Shown here: piece after piece, positions 23,501 through 29,714 of the stretch
Layout: every line of letters begins with the position of its first letter
How positions within the stretch are numbered: the stretch's first letter is position 1
Assembly: GCA_964649415.1 (NCBI GenBank)
Contig: CAZYSK010000067.1
Span: 191-32,342 of the forward strand
Source of the DNA: an uncultured Anaerolineales bacterium
Lineage (GTDB): Bacteria; Chloroflexota; Anaerolineae; B4-G1
DNA length: 32,152 nucleotides
Reading direction: 5' to 3'
Notes under the pieces: model-generated
Seen by the model: only the letters and a program-made list of their open reading frames with translations
Databases searched by the model: none
What the model was told of the DNA's origin: nothing
Made by a program: the position numbers and the translations under genes

Positions 23501-25281
23501 TGCGCGTCCGCAGCGAAGAGGGGGCGACTCAACGTAAGGACCTGCATCGCCACGTCGTCAGGCAGGATTTTCTTGGACGGCTTGACTTCCACCAGCATTC
23601 TTCCTCCAGAGACGTGATCAGCGACGCGATCCCGTCTGCCTGGACTGTAGCGATACAGCTCAACCAGATCAGCGCCTAACACACCCCTGGCCTGTTGTGC
23701 AATCTGCTGCAGCAGATCCTCAAGACTTTCCCCCGTCACCTCGACGGTGCTCAGACGCTGCCCCACCTTGTTCAGCGCTTCTAGCGCCTGGATCCGCCTC
23801 TGGATCTGCTCATACACGCGGGCGTTGTGGATCGCCATGGCCGCCTGGTTGGCAAGCAGTTCGATGACCCTCCGTTGATCAGGTGGAAACTCCTGGCGGG
23901 TCCGGTAGTTGACGAACATGACACCTACGGTCTCGCCAGCGGCCTTGAGCGGCACGGAAGCCGAAGACAGGACCCCCTCGCGCACGACGAAGCGCCGGTC
24001 CGGGCGCTCAGGACGCTCGACGGTGAACGAGCCGCTGAGCAAGCGATCAGCCTGGGCATCGCGCGTATAAAGCGGCTCGCCGCGCTTGACAACTTCTACC
24101 GCGATGTCGTCCCCGAAGATGTGCTCCTTGACGACATCGGGGACCCGCCGCTCCCCTTCCAGGATCGGCGGGAGGATGTACCGCTCCTCCCTTTCGACGT
24201 ACTGATACACGTCAACCAGGTCGGCACCCAGCACATCCCTGGCGCTCCGCGCCACGTGCTGCAATACCCTTGGCAATCCTCTCGCCGACACCTCGGCCGA
24301 TAGCAGTTCCTCCCCGATCCGATGCAACCTCTCCAGGGCCGCCGACCGGCTGGTCTCCTGCTCGATCAGCCTGGCGTTGCGCAATGCGGCCGCCGCCTGA
24401 CCTGCCAGTGTCTCCAGGAGCACCTGGTCCCGTTCGTCAAAGGCCGCCAGGCCGTCCTTGTCGGCCGAGATCACCCCGACAACCTCGTCGCCCAAGGTCT
24501 TGATGGGCACCACGAGCATTGAGCGTTCAGAGGCCTGTGAAGACCAGCCACGGACAAACCGCGGGTCATGCACCGCGTCCATGACGAGCGCCGGCTCCCC
24601 ATTCTGGGCTACCCAACCGGCCAATCCCTCCCCAATGGCAAAGCTCCTCTGCTCCACGCCCTCCGCGGACCGCGCCGCCATTTTGAGCACATCGGCGCTC
24701 TCATCCATCCGGAATATGCTGACGTGCTGGCAATCCAACACGCGCGCCGCAGACTGTGTGATATGCTCGAGCAGCCTGGGCAGTTTCAGGTCGGAGTTGA
24801 TCCAGAGGCTCACTTCGTTCAGGACCGCCAGATCCCGTATCCATCGCTGCGCGACAGCTACCTGCGCGGCCAGACCCTGGGCCAGAGCCTGCTGAGAATC
24901 GCTGAAGTCTCTAGCCTCGTACGCATAGACGTCCATGACTCCCACGACCGTGTTTTTCACCCGTAACGGCACTACCATGGCCGACTCAAGCCCCACGGCG
25001 GATGCCTCTTCCTTGAACGCCCAGCGGGCGTCCGAGGCGATGTCTTTGACTACAATCGGGCGCCCCGTCTTGAACACCTCCGACCCGACGCTGATTTCGT
25101 CCAAAGGCAGGGCCGCCGTGCGCATATAGTCACCCGGCAGGCCCTCGGATGCAACAAGGCGCAGAGCTTGCTTGACCTCATCGAGGAGCCAGATGCCGAC
25201 CGGCAACTCCAGGATCGAGCCGATTGTACCTACCAACGGTTGAAGAAACCGCTTTTCGCCAGGCCCTGTAGAGGCAGACAT
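20500..25281 (-). CDS. Soluble multi-GAF sensor histidine kinase (about 8-9 GAF domains, HisKA and HATPase_c), 1593 aa
   Basis: It has no TM helices. GAF-like units with inter-domain ALxNARLYEQ linkers recur along the protein. The C-terminal H-box is AALRHRINNTFNII. HATPase_c reads RNLADNAYRAMEDGGRLTV...VRDTGPGIP...GGSGLGLWL. A strong GGGGGGAG RBS precedes the ATG. Confidence 0.85.
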   Translation of the reverse strand: MSASTGPGEKRFLQPLVGTIGSILELPVGIWLLDEVKQALRLVASEGLPGDYMRTAALPLDEISVGSEVFKTGRPIVVKDIASDARWAFKEEASAVGLESAMVVPLRVKNTVVGVMDVYAYEARDFSDSQQALAQGLAAQVAVAQRWIRDLAVLNEVSLWINSDLKLPRLLEHITQSAARVLDCQHVSIFRMDESADVLKMAARSAEGVEQRSFAIGEGLAGWVAQNGEPALVMDAVHDPRFVRGWSSQASERSMLVVPIKTLGDEVVGVISADKDGLAAFDERDQVLLETLAGQAAAALRNARLIEQETSRSAALERLHRIGEELLSAEVSARGLPRVLQHVARSARDVLGADLVDVYQYVEREERYILPPILEGERRVPDVVKEHIFGDDIAVEVVKRGEPLYTRDAQADRLLSGSFTVERPERPDRRFVVREGVLSSASVPLKAAGETVGVMFVNYRTRQEFPPDQRRVIELLANQAAMAIHNARVYEQIQRRIQALEALNKVGQRLSTVEVTGESLEDLLQQIAQQARGVLGADLVELYRYSPGRRDRVADHVSGGRMLVEVKPSKKILPDDVAMQVLTLSRPLFAADAQHEPLLSAPFKIAREGMPERRFIFREQIASTAAIPLLVGDEAVGILFVNYRTPQGFPAEQQELIQLFANQAAVAIRNAQLFQQRETLQDIARDITSVLDRDKLLQRTLERSLELLNCEFGSISVFDPGTGSLEFRYAMGKSPDRSIDLGEGLIGTAAQTREPVRVTDVSQDPRYKCHVEATRSELDVPMLAGDRLVGVLNAESSRLNAFSEADQHLAEALAAQAAVAFRTTELYEETRARLQERVDDIRVLQEIYALIGKAPLESLLKRIAEYAARLTPATYTGVWLLDEHGTELRFGAMNAVEKEPTRSTSRLPLSGNSISAHVVATGETYVCRDVQDDPYYQEWYAEVQSELAAPLRYGDRVIGILDLESTEAGAFAEDHVRLVEALAGAAAVAIESARAYGAMQAFSDAMQVLNGVGQTLTSGIRLKQDEILELIYEQTKRLTGAQDMYIALYDEEKGEIHFGLATEHGERVQYESRPADMETRGKTEEVIFTREPILHRTLAESEAWYGQPGHQEFIGRVPLSWLGVPMVVGEKVLGVLALWDWEREHAYDDRDLQVFSSMASQAAIALDNAELYYDVNRKLARRVEALAALNEVGRTLTSGIRLKQDEILELIYEQAKRLTGAQDMYIALYDGEANTIHFGLATEQGERVHYESRQADMERRGKTEEIILTKEPILHRTSAEAEAWYGQPGHQEFIGRLSGSWLGVPMVIGERALGVIAMQDWEREHAYDEQDLQVLLSMASQAAIALDNARLYEQARGEAIAAKQLATLGTAMAALRHRINNTFNIIVPNVTRLRKRVDVADETIAEILDIIERNARYTSEIIARIQEPLREIEVQAVDVNAVLNDVVGRTRERWQADPVRSAIAVTLDLDDSIPQIQAPIGQVSEVFRNLADNAYRAMEDGGRLTVASRLTDGSICVRVRDTGPGIPSRVQQRLFAKPVPSKEPRGGSGLGLWLNSLMLQSLGGDVKIERSDSTGTTMLVHIPAPGAGGEVSR
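21236..22315. repeat. Intragenic tandem duplication: two ~540-bp (180-codon) GAF-domain units with high nucleotide identity inside the multi-GAF HK gene
   Basis: Unit 1 starts with GCGTTGTCCAGGGCGATGGC at 21236 and unit 2 with GCGTTGTCCAGCGCGATGGC at 21776, a period of 540. The encoded peptides LTSGIRLKQDEILELIYEQ(T/A)KRLTGAQDMYIALYD...GQPGHQEFIGR... are near-identical. Confidence 0.85.
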
Positions 25282-25486
25282 ATGCTACTCCCCCCCAAGT
25301 TTAGCTAGACCTAGTGCAGAATCGGTGATGTTTGCGTAAACCAATTGCTAGAGCGCCAACGGGGCCGCATTGGCGTTCACTCGGCCTGGAGAAACACCCA
25401 CGCTCTGGCTACAGATATCCCCCCAGGTTATACTCAAGCCCAGATCGTCTGGGCCAGAGCGGAACCCCCGGTCTTCGCACAGAACT

Positions 25487-26827
25487 TCAATTGCGCCGCG
25501 CTTGCCTCCAGGCATCCAATTCAGCCTGGTATTCCGCTTCTGCAAACGCCAACCCCTTTTCCCGTAGCATCATAGCTGTGAGAACGTGAGGCAGGCCCTT
25601 TCGCTTCTCCAGGAACAGGATTTGAGAACCAGTGAGCGTATGCCCACCATTATCACTCAGGAATCGGTCAAGTTGGCGTCGCCCGCGCACCACGGTTCTC
25701 ATGAAACGCTGGGACTCACCCAAGAAATAGGTCATCAAGCGCTTCTCGTCCTCCGGCGTCGCCCGCAGGGAGCGATGAACCGTCCGGGAAATACAGCCCA
25801 TCACTCCCGGCAGGAATTCCCCGGACTCGATGCCGAGGACAATTTGCCGCGTCACGATGCCCCGTATCAGTAGCTTGACGATTCTCTCCCGGCCGTTCTT
25901 GCCCGGGGGAGGAGCCCCGTCCGCGACCAGGGTATACAGTGCCTTGGAATAGTCCGCAATCACGTGCTCGCTGGCACGGACCAGTGATTCCGGCATGTGA
26001 GAGGCACGCACGAAACCATGGATCGTGTCCACAAGGGGCCGGTAGGCATCCGTCTCAAACACCGACGCAGCGCCCTGCGAAATCATGGCCACGCGCTCGG
26101 TGCCGATGACCGTCTCAGCGAAGGGCTCCGCCATCTGACGCAGAGACCTGCTCTGGGGATCGAGTTCGCGGGAGATGAAGAGGGAATTGGAGAACTCGAC
26201 AAAGCGTCCGCACTTGCAGCCCGGCCTGCAAGCCGGCCCGCAGGCCTTTTCGGCACCCAGGTCATAGAACAACTCCGTGTTCGGCCCTGCCTTGCGGGGG
26301 GTCTCCATACCGTCAATCCCGCCGCCTTGCACCCAGTAGTTGTCATCCGGTCCCAGGCCAATGACGTGATCCCCGGGCACCCCTACCTCGATCCAGGCTC
26401 GACGTGTGACCCCGTCCCCCGGCAGATGCTCGCCCAAGACCGCCCCGCCCTCAAAATAGGAGACCCAGATGCGGCTCTGATCTATGCCGAGAACAGACGT
26501 GGCCAGTGTCCACATACGCCGAATGGTTTCGGCTTTCCCGTTTGGACCAAAGACAAATGCACCGGGCATTTCGAACAAGCTCAGGTGCGTGCCGTCAGTT
26601 CCGACCTTGTCGAGATCGAAGTGGCGAAAACACTCCTGAACGAGGACGAATTGGTCGCCGGGTCTTTCGTCCACCCGGGCCAGGGAGGTCTCTATCTGAA
26701 CTAGGCCGGCACTCATCACGTAAGACATGGGAATAGATGGGTGAAGCATAGGGGCGCGGGGCAGCGGGTGAAAGCCAAGTCCTTCGTAGTAACCTACAAA
26801 GCGCCGACGGATTGCAGAAGCGTTCAT
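25487..26827 (-). CDS. Truncated, divergent alanyl-tRNA-synthetase-like protein (class II catalytic core plus tRNA-recognition domain only; no editing or C-Ala domains), 446 aa from the ATG at 26827
   Basis: Alignment to AlaRS is recognisable. N-terminal IRRRFVGYYEGLGFHPLP corresponds to IRQ.FLDFF..KGH. QECFRHFDLDKVG..THLSLFEMPGAFVFG corresponds to QRCVRAGGKHNDLENVG..HHTFFEMLGNFSFG. AGPNTELFYDLG corresponds to CGPCTEIFYD. RFVEFSNSLFI corresponds to RYIEIWNLVFMQF. LTGSQILFLEKRKGLPHVLT corresponds to the tRNA-recognition DAFKLYDTYGFPLELT. The AGGKHND ATP-binding segment is shortened. The upstream in-frame ATG at 26881 lies upstream of the predicted promoter. Confidence 0.65.
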   Translation of the reverse strand: MNASAIRRRFVGYYEGLGFHPLPRAPMLHPSIPMSYVMSAGLVQIETSLARVDERPGDQFVLVQECFRHFDLDKVGTDGTHLSLFEMPGAFVFGPNGKAETIRRMWTLATSVLGIDQSRIWVSYFEGGAVLGEHLPGDGVTRRAWIEVGVPGDHVIGLGPDDNYWVQGGGIDGMETPRKAGPNTELFYDLGAEKACGPACRPGCKCGRFVEFSNSLFISRELDPQSRSLRQMAEPFAETVIGTERVAMISQGAASVFETDAYRPLVDTIHGFVRASHMPESLVRASEHVIADYSKALYTLVADGAPPPGKNGRERIVKLLIRGIVTRQIVLGIESGEFLPGVMGCISRTVHRSLRATPEDEKRLMTYFLGESQRFMRTVVRGRRQLDRFLSDNGGHTLTGSQILFLEKRKGLPHVLTAMMLREKGLAFAEAEYQAELDAWRQARRN

Positions 26828-26861
26828 ACTGACCCCTCTCACAGCTACACGCGGAACAGAG

Positions 26862-26900
26862 GCTACAATATTGTACCACACTTATCGGGGTTATGCAACA
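26862..26900 (-). promoter_or_regulatory. Predicted sigma70-like promoter of the AlaRS-like gene: -35 TTGCAT, 17-bp spacer, extended -10 TGgTACAAT
   Basis: On the minus strand the sequence reads TTGCATAACCCCGATAAGTGTGGTACAAT. A ~35-nt 5'UTR with a GAGAGGGG RBS precedes the ATG at 26827. A second copy with TTGCAC / TATAAT is conserved at 32060..32088. Confidence 0.55.
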
Positions 26901-26996
26901 CATTCCAGTGTCCTGAGCTCAAGCGGTAACCTCGATGTGCCATTGCGCTTGCCAACGTAAACCAAGACCACCGGCACCGCGTTACCATCATCTGCC

Positions 26997-28037
26997 CTAT
27001 GCCGGCTTCAGAAGTGCGCTCACGATACCGATATCCTGCCACGTGACCGTTTCCTCCTCAGGCACGCCACCGATCACAATTGGGGCAACGGGGGGAAACT
27101 GGATCTTTCCCGTCCCCGGATCACGGACAAACCTGCCATACTCCCACTCTTTCTGATCGACGTTCCATACCACCGCGTGCCCCGTCGCCGGTGGGACAGC
27201 ACCTCGCGCCCAGGCCGCCAGGACGTAGTCCCCCTCGTTGCTGTGTGGTCCAGCCCACCGATCTCGTGGGACGCGGACTGCAAAGCTGCGAGCATCCCAC
27301 GGGAGCCACAGGTTGGTGCCAAACGGCATGCCGTCTTCCGGGTGATACAAACGGTATCTCCGCTCATCGATATCGATCTCCGAGGGGATCAAGCAGCCTC
27401 TCGGCTCCGCACGCAGGAGCCCATAGCCGTTCCCTGTGACCACGGGGATATGCACGGCTGCTGCGCCATCGACCAGCGAAAGGTCATCCGCCAGACACCG
27501 GCACAGGGCGTTGATCCAACTGAGTGCGTGCTGGCACTTGTCTATCTGCTGACTGCATTCTTGTGTTCGCGATGGGTCTCTGAAGCGATTATCCTCCCAA
27601 TACTTGATCGCTTCGCCAAAGGCCTTGATCGCACGCTGGTAATCGACCAGCGCCTTGGTCCTGGATCCTAGCGCACAGTGGAGCAAGCCCCGCAGGTACA
27701 CGACGACAGCTTCGATATGGCGCTTGTTCTGGTAGCCAGGCAGTAAGCCAAGCGCTTTGGCAGCCTCTTGACAACAGTCCAGCGCCGGTCCCCATCGATC
27801 AGTCTCTCGATACAGGTCACCCATCCAGATACAAAGGACGCTCTCACTTGCAGAATGATGACAGGCTCGCGCGAACGCGTGGGCCTCTTCAATGCATCGA
27901 ATAGCCCTATTCACGTCGCCCAGGCACCAGTACTCTGAGCATTTCATCGTGGCAGCGGAGACTACAGATGGCAGCCCATTCTCGCACACCAGTGCTCTAG
28001 GCGCCAGGTCTGGGGGCAATCCCGTGATCACAGGCAT
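26997..28037 (-). CDS. Hypothetical protein with an N-terminal Cys-rich TPR-like helical domain and a C-terminal LexA/S24-peptidase-like beta domain that lacks the catalytic Ser and Lys
   Basis: The N-terminal ~190 aa are helical with TPR-like A/L/Y periodicity. The C-terminal HIPVVTGNGYGLL...FAVRVPRDRWAG..GDYVLAAW...GHAVVWNVDQKEWEYGRF...VTWQDIGIVSALL aligns to LexA segments LPLVGRVAAGEPLL, LLRVSGMSMKDIGIMDGDLLAV, GQVVVARIDDEVTVKRL and GLAVGV, with Ser replaced by Arg and Lys by Gly. A GGAG RBS is 8 nt upstream. Confidence 0.45.
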   Translation of the reverse strand: MPVITGLPPDLAPRALVCENGLPSVVSAATMKCSEYWCLGDVNRAIRCIEEAHAFARACHHSASESVLCIWMGDLYRETDRWGPALDCCQEAAKALGLLPGYQNKRHIEAVVVYLRGLLHCALGSRTKALVDYQRAIKAFGEAIKYWEDNRFRDPSRTQECSQQIDKCQHALSWINALCRCLADDLSLVDGAAAVHIPVVTGNGYGLLRAEPRGCLIPSEIDIDERRYRLYHPEDGMPFGTNLWLPWDARSFAVRVPRDRWAGPHSNEGDYVLAAWARGAVPPATGHAVVWNVDQKEWEYGRFVRDPGTGKIQFPPVAPIVIGGVPEEETVTWQDIGIVSALLKPA

Positions 28038-28265
28038 GGTTACACTCCAGTGGCTCTATGCCGGTCTGCCAGAACACCACCAATCACCGAATAGTCCTTG
28101 ATCTCGCAAGCTCTTTCAGACTACACTGCAGAAGCATCTGCATACCGCAGCATGGCCGCGTAGCGGAGTAACTCAGATGCGCCGGTTGAGGCAGCAAGTT
28201 GATCGTGTCGCCTCCAGCGATCCAGGATCTCGGAGAGCGCCATCATCCTGCGCTGGTGGCAACTC

Positions 28266-29714
28266 TCATGCCCCTCGTATCTCTGGCAGCAGACGTCCAA
28301 GCTCGGAGCCAGCATCATCCGTGCCCGGTAGCCCATCGCCAACCAAACTATGCGTATTCGCCAGCAGTTGCTCCAATTGGCTCAGCATCCGCAGCGTCTC
28401 GGGCGGCAAGAACATACGCTTATGCGGATCGTAGGCCATCCAGCGCAAGGTCTCAGTGAAACGCATGGCCATCAGGTAGGGATGTAGTTCTTCTTCACTG
28501 CTGACAAGTGGCCGGATCGTCTCAATAAGCGTCAGCACCATCTCTGCTTGTGCCTGCACCCGCGCAGCATCCAGACGCGCTATCTCCGCCTCCCCCTCTG
28601 CCTGGTCCTCTACTGCCCTCCGTCTCCAATCGGCCTGCCAGGCTTCGACCCACTGGGCATAGATTTTCTCATCCTTTACGTCAATCTCACCCAGATCAAC
28701 GTTGAGGATCCGGGCCCCCTTGTCATTGCCCACCGAGAGTTTCTCGCGCAAGCGCTTTTCAAGACGTTCCCGGATCTCCTCACGGGGATTCCCCCGGCCT
28801 GGCCAGGGCGGCTGCATCAGCCAATCGAGACGGTAGTCAGCCAAGACCATCCGCAGGATCCCCTCAACCTCGCCAATCATCACGCGCCCCGTCCATTTCC
28901 TGGTCTGTTCCGGGTGATCCGGCTCGTGGATACGGACCCATGTGCTTGTGGCTGCGTTGAAGACCGCCTCATCCGTGTGCGCCAGCGACCTCGCCGGCAC
29001 CTCGCCCTGTTGGCCAGCGTCCCGGTCGTCAATCTTGAAAGTGATGTCAGCCTGGCAGGAAACAGGGATTCCCTCCTTCGTCATCGCCGTAACCGCAAGT
29101 GGCCAGTGCTGTTGTCGCAGGTCAATGACCTCCCAGACCCGCTCGTAGCGCTCAAGGAAGCAAAAAGCGGGGCCCAAGACCCGGCTCAGTCTTCCACCTC
29201 TCTCCAGAACCGCCGCGCTGTCACCGTGAACCACCACAAACCCTGGACCGCCGATGCGGTCACAAGTCGTGCCCGCCCCAAGCGTGATATGCCCTTCTTC
29301 CACGATCAGCAGCGGCTTGAGCGCATCCCCTGGCATGCCGAACATGCTCCGATGAGCGACACCTTGGGCCTCCTCCAGATCCTCCGTGTCGTAGAGGTCG
29401 CGGACAAAACGCGAGGCCAGGCGTGAGATAGCTATCAAAGCTATCAGCAATGGAACGGAACTGAAGAAGCTCCTGACAAGAAAGATGAAGCCGTAGCGGA
29501 TGCAGTCCTTCACCAGTCTCAGAAGACTCCCCACGTAGGACAGATCAAACGGGGCATGGAGAAACTCGATGGCGCATCCAATGAACACCACTAATAGGAT
29601 TGGCCCATGTACCGCAAACATGCGCCAGCGATGCTGACGCTTCAACCTCAGGCGCGTCGACCGCCCGCGTCCGGACAGGGCCCACCTAAGCAGATCTTCA
29701 GGCAGTGAGATCAT
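28266..29714 (-). CDS. SPFH/band-7 (stomatin/flotillin-like) domain membrane protein, 482 aa, with an N-terminal TM region
   Basis: The N-terminal hydrophobic helices are ILLVVFIGCAIEF and VPLLIALIAI. The SPFH core reads LLIVEEGHITLGAG...GPGFVVVHGDSAAV...EVIDLRQQ...VTAMTKEGIPVSCQADITFKID. A coiled-coil Ala/Glu-rich tail follows (AEGEAEIARLDAARVQAQAEM). Its ATG overlaps the upstream gene's TGA (ATGA). Confidence 0.7.
   Translation of the reverse strand: MISLPEDLLRWALSGRGRSTRLRLKRQHRWRMFAVHGPILLVVFIGCAIEFLHAPFDLSYVGSLLRLVKDCIRYGFIFLVRSFFSSVPLLIALIAISRLASRFVRDLYDTEDLEEAQGVAHRSMFGMPGDALKPLLIVEEGHITLGAGTTCDRIGGPGFVVVHGDSAAVLERGGRLSRVLGPAFCFLERYERVWEVIDLRQQHWPLAVTAMTKEGIPVSCQADITFKIDDRDAGQQGEVPARSLAHTDEAVFNAATSTWVRIHEPDHPEQTRKWTGRVMIGEVEGILRMVLADYRLDWLMQPPWPGRGNPREEIRERLEKRLREKLSVGNDKGARILNVDLGEIDVKDEKIYAQWVEAWQADWRRRAVEDQAEGEAEIARLDAARVQAQAEMVLTLIETIRPLVSSEEELHPYLMAMRFTETLRWMAYDPHKRMFLPPETLRMLSQLEQLLANTHSLVGDGLPGTDDAGSELGRLLPEIRGA

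Noticed and set aside
26828-26881. Upstream in-frame ATG (MWYNIVASVPRVAVRGVS) as the start of the AlaRS-like gene
   Set aside because: It lies upstream of the predicted -10 element and TSS that are conserved in both promoter copies. The homologous AlaRS N-terminus begins at MNASAIRRRF.
28121-28342. 73-aa minus-strand ORF in the SPFH-TPR intergenic region
   Set aside because: It overlaps the 3' end of the SPFH gene in another frame, and it has no RBS or features. The 228-bp gap more likely holds regulatory sequence for the TPR/S24-like gene.
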